Shown: in pieces, positions 39,606-48,095 of the stretch
How the letters are laid out: the number at the start of each line of letters is the position of its first letter
Position numbering within the stretch: the first letter of the stretch is position 1
From: Syntrophales bacterium
Lineage (GTDB): Bacteria; Desulfobacterota; Syntrophia; Syntrophales; UBA4778
DNA: 64,000 nucleotides
Assembly (NCBI GenBank): GCA_963665615.2
Contig: CAXXQE010000001.1
Coordinates: 637,151-701,150 of the forward strand
Reading direction: 5' to 3'
The notes under the pieces: generated by a model
Databases searched by the model: none
What the model saw: only the letters and a program-made list of their open reading frames with translations
What the model was told of the DNA's origin: nothing
Translations under genes and position numbers: made by a program

Positions 39606-40661
39606 CTAAAGCGCCCCTGTTTTTTCGCCATGTACCCTCAGGGAAATCTCAATCAATTGCGAAATGATCATGGAGGGAAGGTAACCCGCCTCCGCGGCTT
39701 GCTCAAAGAAAAAGGACGAAGGCGCCATCCCCGATGACGAATTGGGATCGGTGATCAGGATGCGTCCGTCAGTCAGGATAAAGCCGTCAATGCGGCCGTA
39801 ACCCCTGAAGCCGATGGCCTTGAAGGCCCGGACGGCTTCTGTCTTGATCGCCGCTACGATCTCTTCTGAGAGGTTTTTGGGTGGAGTGAACTTCCGGCAA
39901 CGTCCTGGCATGTATTTGTCGTCATAGGTGTAGAACTCGCTCTGGGGATAGATCTCCGTCAGGTTGAGTGCTACGGGGCCGTCTTCCTCTTCCAGGATGA
40001 TGGCGGAAAATTCCGTGCCTTCCAGAAAGTCCTCGATCAGAGCGGCCTGGTCCCAACAGAAAGCGGCGTCGAGGGCGGCGGTCAGATCCTCCGGGGAGCG
40101 CACGATGGTAACACCAATGCTGGAACCCTCCCGAGTAGGTTTGGTCACGCAGGGATAGCCGAAGTGTTCGTCGATCATACGTTCGACGGCGTCTGGATCG
40201 GACTTCCAGAGGGATTGACGCACAAGGATGCTGTCTGGTACGCCGATTTCAGCCGATTTCAGCAGTTGTTGCTGGATGTGTTTGTCCATGCCGACCGCGG
40301 AGCCGAGAACGCCCGAACCGGTATAGGGCAGGTTGAGCAGCTCCAGGAGGCCCTGGATGCAGCCGTCATCGCCGTATTTGCCGTGCAGGGCGATGAAAGC
40401 GAAGTCGATCCGGTTTTTCAAGGCCTCATAGGCGACAGGCTCCGCCTCCAAGGCCAGTCGTTCTGTGATGTCGACAGTGGTGTTTTGGGAGATCAGCTGC
40501 CAGGGAATGAGCCACAGGCGGCCCTCGCCATCCATGAAGACGGGAATCGGTTCGAAGTGTTCCCTGTCCAAATTATCGTAAATGTTCCGTCCGCTGTTGA
40601 GAGAAACCTCCTTTTCCGAGGACATCCCGCCGAAGATGATACCAATGCGCAACTTATCCAT
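39606..40661 (-). CDS. ddl: D-alanine--D-alanine ligase family protein (copy A)
   Basis: FGGMSSEKEVS, LHGKYGDDG.IQG, MDK, KPTREGSSIG, YDDKY, RIDGF, DPNSSSGM. Confidence 0.88.
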   Translation of the reverse strand: MDKLRIGIIFGGMSSEKEVSLNSGRNIYDNLDREHFEPIPVFMDGEGRLWLIPWQLISQNTTVDITERLALEAEPVAYEALKNRIDFAFIALHGKYGDDGCIQGLLELLNLPYTGSGVLGSAVGMDKHIQQQLLKSAEIGVPDSILVRQSLWKSDPDAVERMIDEHFGYPCVTKPTREGSSIGVTIVRSPEDLTAALDAAFCWDQAALIEDFLEGTEFSAIILEEEDGPVALNLTEIYPQSEFYTYDDKYMPGRCRKFTPPKNLSEEIVAAIKTEAVRAFKAIGFRGYGRIDGFILTDGRILITDPNSSSGMAPSSFFFEQAAEAGYLPSMIISQLIEISLRVHGEKTGAL

Positions 40662-40769
40662 ATATTTTTCGCATACTCCTTAATCAAATGCTATTAGCCG
40701 TCAGTCGGTTGCTGTCGTAATAAATCGTCTCTCAATTTCTTATCTTCCCAACCTCCCAACTTCGTTTTT

Positions 40770-42725
40770 TTACACGTCCCAAACAAAGGTCACACCGCTG
40801 GTCGGGAAGATCCACTCATCGTCGCGGGTTGTCATCCGGATACACTTGCCCGGTTGCCTCAGTACGTGGGGTTCCGGGTTTTTTCCGGAGAAGTAACCGA
40901 CTTCCCGGACGTTCTTGAGACCCGCTCCTTCGTAGTCGAAGGAGATCTCGAGTCCCCGCGTCGGATAGACAAGATAGACCGAAAAGAGGTTGCTGCTCTT
41001 GAACTTCCGGGTAAAGATATCGATTTCCATCTTGACGGGCGTGTTGAGTTTTTTCTGAAGCACATCGCCGCCGCACCAGACCTCGTAGCCGCGGTCGGTG
41101 TGTGCTGTGCTGACGATCGGCAGGGACTCGCCATCTACGCGGACATCTCCCACCGTAAAATCGCTCTCCTTGAAGAGCTCGTCGCGCTGGTTGAAGAGCC
41201 ATCGGTATTCGCACGCCTCGTCGTCGAAGAGGGCGGCCAGCTGCTCGTTGTTCAATGCGCAACCGATCAGAATCGTGCTGCTCCGGAGGGTTTTACAGTA
41301 TTCGATCCGCGTTTTGATCTTAAAGAACTTCGACGCTTCAGGATCGAGCTTCTTTTCCTCTTCGGAGAAATCAGTGATGCGGATATCGTATTTGAAGTTG
41401 GTTCTCAACTCCAGCGGGCGATTCTCTTTGCCGAAGAGCGTTTCGAACATCTCGTAGTAGATGGCGTCTCCGAGCTCCGGATTTTTTACACGGGTATGGA
41501 AACAGCGCCGGATCATGCTGTCGATTCGGGAAATCGACCGCTCTTCATCCGGGATGAAGATGCGGCGAAGCCTCGGTTCGATTGCATTGGTCCGTCCCTG
41601 GTCCTTGAAGACGCGCGGGGCGCGTTTCCCCAGCGTGCAGACGATTTCATAGCTGTGCGTATGAGCCTTGGCGGCAATTTCACCTGCCGCGATCTGTTCC
41701 TCCCCCTGACGGCCCAACAGAACGACTTCGTCTCCTATGGCGCAATGGGGGATGTGCGTGACATCCAGTGTGCACATGTCCATCGACACCCGTCCGACAA
41801 TGGGCGCTCGAACGCTCCGAATCAGCGCTTCTCCCTGATTGGAGAGGATGACACCGTAGCCGTCTCCGTAACCGACCGGAATAGTGGCGATGCGCGTGGG
41901 GCGCGAGGTGACGAACGTTCGGTTGTAACCGATCGCATATCCCTTCGGGAATTCCTTGATCAGGACAATGCTCGTCTTGAAGGTCATGATCGGTTCGAGG
42001 TGGACCCCCGCGACGGGAGACCCGGGAAAGATTCCGTAGGTCATGATGCCCGGACGAACCATATCGAGGTGACTCTTTGGAAAGTTGAGGACCCCGCCGC
42101 TGTTGGACATGTGATAGAGGGGGATCCGAATTCCTGTTTCCTTAAGTGATTTTATAATGTTATCGAAGAGCTTGTGTTGCAGCGCGTTGTAATCGTCGTC
42201 GGTGGCCTCGCTCGACGAAAAGTGTGTGAAAAGTCCTTCGATGCGTAGATTCGGATGGGCCGCAATTTGCCGGATTGCCTTCAGGGCTTCCAAATGGATC
42301 ATGCCGCCGCGTCCCATGCCGGTATCTACCTCGATATGCACAGGCAGAGTGATGTCCCGTTTCCCCAGGATCCCCTGGAGGTGGGCGGCGAAAGCCGGAT
42401 CAGAGATAGACGGCGTCAGGTCGTACTTGAGGATTTCGTTGATTTCCGAGAGCGTAGAAGGGCTGAGAATGACGATAGGCGCCTGGATGCCGCTGACTCG
42501 TAATTGCACCCCCTCGTCGGCATTGGCAACGCCCAGACAGGCTGCCCCGCAGGCGAGGGCTGTATTGGAGATCTCAATGGCTCCATGGCCGTAGGCATCG
42601 GCCTTGACGACCTGCATAATCTTGACGGACGAACCGACTAGTCTCCTCAATTCCTTCCAGTTATGTCTGAAATGTTCCAGGTCTACTTCGACCCAGCTGC
42701 GGTATGTCTCTTCCTGTCTTGTCAC
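40770..42725 (-). CDS. alr: Alanine racemase with a ~270-aa C-terminal extension of unknown function
   Basis: VVKADAYGHG (PLP Lys), DTGMGR, HMSNSGG, VRPGI..YG, PVGYGDG, GRVSMD, GKRAPR; the ORF then continues to 651 aa. Confidence 0.92.
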   Translation of the reverse strand: MTRQEETYRSWVEVDLEHFRHNWKELRRLVGSSVKIMQVVKADAYGHGAIEISNTALACGAACLGVANADEGVQLRVSGIQAPIVILSPSTLSEINEILKYDLTPSISDPAFAAHLQGILGKRDITLPVHIEVDTGMGRGGMIHLEALKAIRQIAAHPNLRIEGLFTHFSSSEATDDDYNALQHKLFDNIIKSLKETGIRIPLYHMSNSGGVLNFPKSHLDMVRPGIMTYGIFPGSPVAGVHLEPIMTFKTSIVLIKEFPKGYAIGYNRTFVTSRPTRIATIPVGYGDGYGVILSNQGEALIRSVRAPIVGRVSMDMCTLDVTHIPHCAIGDEVVLLGRQGEEQIAAGEIAAKAHTHSYEIVCTLGKRAPRVFKDQGRTNAIEPRLRRIFIPDEERSISRIDSMIRRCFHTRVKNPELGDAIYYEMFETLFGKENRPLELRTNFKYDIRITDFSEEEKKLDPEASKFFKIKTRIEYCKTLRSSTILIGCALNNEQLAALFDDEACEYRWLFNQRDELFKESDFTVGDVRVDGESLPIVSTAHTDRGYEVWCGGDVLQKKLNTPVKMEIDIFTRKFKSSNLFSVYLVYPTRGLEISFDYEGAGLKNVREVGYFSGKNPEPHVLRQPGKCIRMTTRDDEWIFPTSGVTFVWDV

Positions 42726-42760
42726 TGTGGTCCGCTCACCTGTTTGGAAATTTCGCAGAG

Positions 42761-42863
42761 CTCACTCCCTAGCATTTCCGATCCCCAAGGAAAGGTCTTA
42801 AGCATGATTGCTTGCTAATGCCGCAGCAGCAAGTTGCGAGGAATAAGCTTGCTACCGGATTCA
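42761..42863 (+). repeat. Degenerate ~110-bp dispersed repeat, copy 1 (REP/MITE-like)
   Basis: Shares blocks TCCGATCC, GTCT..A.CATGATT, GAGGAAT and CT.CCGGATTCA in the same order and spacing as 62305-62419. Confidence 0.6.
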
Positions 42864-43202
42864 GATGGCCAAAAGCAGTCCGATTTTCAATAGGACGCGC
42901 TCCGCGAACCCGTCCATCGTTGGACAGCCACGCGGATGATCGCATACTATTGAAGCGCCATGGGAAAGTCAAGGCATCAAATTATTTTGAAAACAATAAG
43001 AAACTGATTTTCCCCTGTCTTTTCAGGCACGATTTAAAGATTTGTTGCGGGAATGACGATTCTAACTAAGAACGTTGCAATATTTTACGAAAACGATTAC
43101 TGTGCTTGATGCCTACAGATCATCTACATGATACACTTATGGTGAAATTTCAGAAAATAATGGCGGTCTAGAACAGAATAAACTGGGGGCAGAGCGTTCA
43201 TT

Positions 43203-44618
43203 ATGGCTAGAATCCTTGTTATTGATGACGATCCAATGATTGCCGAGCTCATTAAAAAAATGTCCCAACGACTGGGTCATGAAGCGGAGACTGCAGGAAC
43301 CCTTTGTGAAGGTCTTCGATCAGCGGAGACGGGTGATTTTGATCTGGTCTTTTTGGATATTCAACTTCCAGATGGCAGCGGTCTGGACAGCCTACCTAAG
43401 ATTCAATCTACACCGTCCTCGCCCGAAGTGGTTATTGTCACTGCATACAGCGATGCCGACGGCGCCGAACTGGCCATTCGTAGCGGTGCCTGGGATTATG
43501 TCGAGAAGCCCTTCACTTCTTCTAGTCTCAGCCTGTCCCTGAGCCGCGCTCTGCAGTATCGCGAGGCCAAAAAAAAGGATCGTTTTCCGGTTGCGTTTGT
43601 GCGTAACGGGATCATCGGAGATAGTGCAGCTATGAAAAGCTGTTTCGAGTTAGCGGTACAAGCCGCTGCCTGCAACCTGAATATCCTGATTACGGGTGAA
43701 ACCGGGACCGGCAAGGAGCTTATGGCCCGTGCGATTCATCTTAACAGTGATCGGTCGGCGAAAAATTTTGTCGTTGTTGACTGCGCGGCTCTTCCAGAAA
43801 ATATTGTTGAAAGCGTCCTTTTCGGTCATGAAAAGGGGGCTTTCACTGGTGCCGACAGGTCTCGCGAGGGATTGGTCAAACAGGCCGACGGTGGTGTACT
43901 TTTTTTGGATGAAATAGGAGATTTGCCTCTGAATCTGCAGAAGGCTTTCTTGAGGGTTTTGCAAGACAGAAAATTCAGAGCCGTAGGCGGCTCAAGGGAA
44001 ATTTCGAGCGATTTCAGACTGATTGCGGCGACCAATCGCAATCTCGAAGAGATGGAAAAAGAAGGGAAATTTCGCAGCGATCTGCTTTTTCGACTCCGCT
44101 CCATCGTGATCGATCTGCCGCCTCTCCGAAATAGGCATGGTGATATCAAAGATATTGCCTTCCACAGTTTGGCAAAGCTTTGTGAGCGCCACGACATGCC
44201 CATGAAGAGCTTTTCACCTGACTTCTTTGAAACGATGACAACATACGACTGGCCCGGTAATGTTCGAGAGTTAATTCATGCGGTGGAGCGTGCTTTCGTG
44301 GCGGCTCAAAACGAACCGACGCTTTTCAGTAAGCATCTTCCGCCGCATATCCGTGTGCATATGGTCCGTCATTCCCTTCGTTCCGCACGAGCCGACGAGC
44401 AGCAACGCCCTGTTAAAGTTGGAAAATTCAAGGATCTGAGAACAATGGCGATGAGCCGGTTCGAACGTGAATATCTAAGTGATCTTCTTGAATTGGCAGG
44501 CGGCAATATTTTACAGGCCTGCCAGATCGCCGGGCTTTCACGGCCCCGCCTTTATGCGCTTTTACAGAAGAATCGCATTCGTTCTGGAGAGCCTCAGAAT
44601 CAAAATAAATTCTCGTGA
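43203..44618 (+). CDS. Sigma-54-dependent NtrC-family response regulator
   Basis: ILVIDDD, LDIQLPDG, GETGTGKE, LFGHEKGAFTGA, WPGNVREL, C-terminal HTH. Confidence 0.93.
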   Translation: MARILVIDDDPMIAELIKKMSQRLGHEAETAGTLCEGLRSAETGDFDLVFLDIQLPDGSGLDSLPKIQSTPSSPEVVIVTAYSDADGAELAIRSGAWDYVEKPFTSSSLSLSLSRALQYREAKKKDRFPVAFVRNGIIGDSAAMKSCFELAVQAAACNLNILITGETGTGKELMARAIHLNSDRSAKNFVVVDCAALPENIVESVLFGHEKGAFTGADRSREGLVKQADGGVLFLDEIGDLPLNLQKAFLRVLQDRKFRAVGGSREISSDFRLIAATNRNLEEMEKEGKFRSDLLFRLRSIVIDLPPLRNRHGDIKDIAFHSLAKLCERHDMPMKSFSPDFFETMTTYDWPGNVRELIHAVERAFVAAQNEPTLFSKHLPPHIRVHMVRHSLRSARADEQQRPVKVGKFKDLRTMAMSRFEREYLSDLLELAGGNILQACQIAGLSRPRLYALLQKNRIRSGEPQNQNKFS

Positions 44619-44977
44619 TTAATGAGTCCAGGCGATTTCTTTCCGTTCCTTTTGATCGAGGGAGAAAGAGGTCTTAGAGGACTCGTCTGTCCGCCATTCG
44701 TAAGATTTGGAACGACCATGTCTGCAGCTTGATTGAAAAGTCCCCGATCCCGCGGCAGGCCTTGGGAAAAGCGCGCGCTGATGCATTCAATCCCCGTCTT
44801 GAAAAAGAATACCCTCTCACTTTTCGATAAGGCGTCTAACTAGTTGTAATTCTGTCTTTTGTTTTCATTCTCGTCCCGGTATTTGATCCTCATGGGAGAC
44901 CTAAAAGAAAACGGTGTTCCTGCCATTAACCGCTTTAACTTCCTGTAATTTAAGATAATTTTACGATCGTTATAGAA

Positions 44978-44993
44978 TGGCACGCCTTTTGAT
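44978..44993 (+). promoter_or_regulatory. Putative sigma-54 promoter of the chemotaxis operon
   Basis: TGGCACGCCTTTTGAT: perfect -24 TGGCACG with a GA variant at -12; downstream of an enhancer-binding protein gene. Confidence 0.55.
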
Positions 44994-45026
44994 TTCTTAA
45001 AGGAAGACAACAGGAGGTTTCTCATC

Positions 45027-45461
45027 ATGAACTTGGTTATTTATGCGCCGTCACCCGAAACCTATAACCGGCTTTTGCGGCGTGAGCTCGAGGCCGTTCA
45101 TTTCGATCTGGTTTTGGAGATTCATCGATCTGCGCAAAGCCTCGCCAAAAGGCTCCGCCGCCCTGTTGCTGATCTTGTCGCCGCTATTCTTTTTATATCT
45201 GGAGAGCGACAGCTTCTTGAACTCCTAAGTTTCAAAGATTTGCTCTGGGATCTGCCCACTATTCTGATTATGCCGGATAGAAACAACAGAATGATAGCTC
45301 AGGCGCATAATTTGAGGCCGCGCTTTCTAACCGATTCACAAAAGGACTGCGGACGCGAGGTGCTATCGGTTTTGAACCGCATGCTTGACAAGAGCAGGGT
45401 CTGCAGCATGACAGAAATAAGAGGGGCGTCAGAGATGAATGGATCTCCTGTCAAGCACTGA
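45027..45461 (+). CDS. Hypothetical protein (possible degenerate receiver-like fold)
   Basis: AGGAGG RBS; 144 aa alternating beta/alpha pattern lacking the acidic-pocket and phospho-Asp residues. Confidence 0.65.
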   Translation: MNLVIYAPSPETYNRLLRRELEAVHFDLVLEIHRSAQSLAKRLRRPVADLVAAILFISGERQLLELLSFKDLLWDLPTILIMPDRNNRMIAQAHNLRPRFLTDSQKDCGREVLSVLNRMLDKSRVCSMTEIRGASEMNGSPVKH

Positions 45462-45483
45462 TGGAACGTAAAGTTAGGTTGGT

Positions 45484-47373
45484 ATGAAGCTACGACTGAA
45501 GGAGCGCCAAATGTTGAAAGGTCCACGCGGCTGGTTCAGCGATAACGGAAACGCCAAGGGCGGCCGTCTGGATGCCGTGGGACAAATTCGGGCGGCTGCC
45601 GATCGTCTGGAAGCTATTTCGTCTGACGCGGAGCCGGCGTTGCTGGCGTTTGGAGAGCAATTAAACCGGTTCAATACGCAGGCCGGAGAGATCGCCCGGC
45701 TGTCCTCTACTGTTGCGCAGCAACTGTCCGGGGATAAGATGCGGGCCGAGATTCAGGGGCTGCAGTTTGTTCTCGAACGCACGACAATGCTCGACGAGAG
45801 CTCGCGCCGCGGCATAAACACCCTGTCGGAAATCCATGCGACGTTCGAGGTAATGCAGCAGGGTCTCGATTTCTTTGAGAGCGTTACCAGGCATCTGCAG
45901 GTCTTGTGTCGCCTGATTAAAATTGAAAGCGCCCGTTTTGATGTGACGCACCTTGAGTTTCAGACGCTTTCAGAAGATGTCCACAAGCTGACGGACGATA
46001 TCCGAACCAGTTCGGGGCATCTCCGCGAAGCGTCCATATCGCTGATGGCTCTCATCAGATCGTCGCAGCAGAACAATGGCACAGTCGGCATCCAGAGAAA
46101 TGCGAGTTCCATTCTGGATGGAGCCTTTGCGGAACTTCGGGCTTTTGAACAGGGCAACAAGATTTCTTCGAGGCTTCTTGAAGAGACCTCAGAGAGATGG
46201 CGCCAGATTTCGAAAGGTATTTCTGAAATCGTGTCCTCACTTCAGTTTCACGACATCACGCGACAGAGACTTGAGCATGCGGCTGACAGCATTCGTCAGT
46301 TGAGCAACAAAATCGAGGAAGATGAAGCAGGGCGCGCATGGCTCAAATTCGCGCCTGGACGCATTTCATCAGACGTAGTCAGCGGGTTCCGACTTCAACA
46401 GGAACAGATCCTTCATGCGGGACGAGAAATGGAGGAGGCAGGCAGCAGGATTATCCGGAGTACCAGAAGAATTTCAGAGGGGGTAGCCGGGTTATCGCGG
46501 GACAGTTGTCTTTTCTCCGATGACGACGGCATTACGACCAGCGGATTCGTTGCGGAACTCGAGAAGACGTTGGCATCCCTTGGAGCGGTCATTTCCGACT
46601 ATGAAACGGCTCAGCAGTGCGTCATGGAAACGCTTCAGCATGTCTCGGAGCAAGTTGCGCTGATGTCGCGATTCATTCATGACATCGAACGGATCGGGAT
46701 TGAAATCAGAAAAGTCGCCCTGAATGCCGTCATTCATGCATCGAATGCGGGCGATCAGGGCATGGCGATGGGCGTACTTGCCGGATCCATTCACCAGTTG
46801 TCCGTGGACACCGAGTCCAGGATAAACTTGGTCGCCGAAAAATTAAAGGCCATCCTCTCCATGTCCGGCGATCTTTCTCTCATGAGTGAAGGGGGCCGGT
46901 ATGTCAATTCTTCATCGGAAAAAATGACGGACCGGCTTGTTTCAATGGTCTCGATCCTTAATGAGGTCGATGTCGAAATATCTGCCGCCCTGAACCAAGT
47001 CAAGATAGAAACGGCCCTGCTGCAAGCGGAACTGGACGAAGCGGCCTCGGGGATGCATGTACACCTGGGTATGGGGCAGGACATTCGAAATGTCTCAGCG
47101 TCGATACAGACGCTGCTGTTATCCTTTGTTGGGCCGGAGCCGTCAAGAGCTGCATTGAACAACAGTGTTCGTGACGCAGTGCCTGATCTGTCTGTCTGTT
47201 ATACCATGGAGAAGGAGCGGGATGTTCATCGCGCCTTCCTGTCGGGTCATCAGGCAGACGGTTTGGATGAGCTTTCTAAGCGCAGAACCGATGATGTCAT
47301 AGGCGATTTAAATATTAGTTCTGCCGCCATATCTCGTGATGAGGATTACGGCGACAACGTTGAACTCTTCTAA
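45484..47373 (+). CDS. Soluble MCP-like coiled-coil chemotaxis protein
   Basis: Two degenerate signalling hairpins (IKIESARF and VALNAVIHAS.AG..G.A.GVLA), LQFHDITRQRLEH, YTME.ER.VH, C-terminal GDNVELF; no TM segment. Confidence 0.75.
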   Translation: MKLRLKERQMLKGPRGWFSDNGNAKGGRLDAVGQIRAAADRLEAISSDAEPALLAFGEQLNRFNTQAGEIARLSSTVAQQLSGDKMRAEIQGLQFVLERTTMLDESSRRGINTLSEIHATFEVMQQGLDFFESVTRHLQVLCRLIKIESARFDVTHLEFQTLSEDVHKLTDDIRTSSGHLREASISLMALIRSSQQNNGTVGIQRNASSILDGAFAELRAFEQGNKISSRLLEETSERWRQISKGISEIVSSLQFHDITRQRLEHAADSIRQLSNKIEEDEAGRAWLKFAPGRISSDVVSGFRLQQEQILHAGREMEEAGSRIIRSTRRISEGVAGLSRDSCLFSDDDGITTSGFVAELEKTLASLGAVISDYETAQQCVMETLQHVSEQVALMSRFIHDIERIGIEIRKVALNAVIHASNAGDQGMAMGVLAGSIHQLSVDTESRINLVAEKLKAILSMSGDLSLMSEGGRYVNSSSEKMTDRLVSMVSILNEVDVEISAALNQVKIETALLQAELDEAASGMHVHLGMGQDIRNVSASIQTLLLSFVGPEPSRAALNNSVRDAVPDLSVCYTMEKERDVHRAFLSGHQADGLDELSKRRTDDVIGDLNISSAAISRDEDYGDNVELF

Positions 47374-47386
47374 GGACTGAGAACAC

Positions 47387-47737
47387 ATGGAAACCAGCAT
47401 GACCCAGAATGGAGAAACGGGTGTACTGAGGCTTTGTGGGGATCTGACTATCCAAAATGCCGTCAAACTGCTCGAGGTGCTCAAGGAAATTGGGGGCCAG
47501 CATCAATCCATTGAGATCCAACTGGCGAAAGACGTGGTCATAGATTGTTCGACACTTCAATTATTCTGTTCTTTGCATCGGACTGCCGCTGCCAATAATC
47601 AAAGTATTTCCCTGGCGGCCGAGGAACCGACTTATTTGTCCGGGTATGCAACGCGGATTGGATATCGAAGAGGGAAAGGATGTGTGTTCAGCAACGGCAG
47701 GCCATGTCTGTGGGGCGAAGGGGTGGCGTATGAATAA
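47387..47737 (+). CDS. STAS domain protein
   Basis: LRLCGDLTIQNA...IDCSTLQLFCS.HR; upstream of cheY-cheA. Confidence 0.8.
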   Translation: METSMTQNGETGVLRLCGDLTIQNAVKLLEVLKEIGGQHQSIEIQLAKDVVIDCSTLQLFCSLHRTAAANNQSISLAAEEPTYLSGYATRIGYRRGKGCVFSNGRPCLWGEGVAYE

Positions 47738-48095
47738 GGTAATCATGACGGTTGATGATTCAAGTAGTGTCCGCCAGATGGTCAGCTTCACCTTGAAGAA
47801 TGCAGGGTATGACGTTCTTGAGGCAGTGGACGGCAGGGACGCATTGTACAAGGTCAACAGTGCAAAGGTGCATATGGTCATTACCGATTTGAATATGCCC
47901 AATCTGGACGGAATCGGACTGATTCGCGCTTTGCGCAGCAGTGACAGCTACAAGTTTACCCCCATTGTCATGCTGACGACGGAAAGTCAGGTCGAGAAAA
48001 AAATGGAAGGCAAATCGGCGGGAGCAACGGGATGGATCGTAAAACCGTTCCAGCCCGACCAGCTTATCGCGGTTGTCAGGAAGGTGCTTGGCTGA
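47730..48095 (+). CDS. cheY: Chemotaxis response regulator CheY
   Basis: MTVDDS, ITDLNMPNLDG, MLTTES, GWIVKPF; 121 aa from ATG 47730. Confidence 0.93.
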   Translation: MNKVIMTVDDSSSVRQMVSFTLKNAGYDVLEAVDGRDALYKVNSAKVHMVITDLNMPNLDGIGLIRALRSSDSYKFTPIVMLTTESQVEKKMEGKSAGATGWIVKPFQPDQLIAVVRKVLG

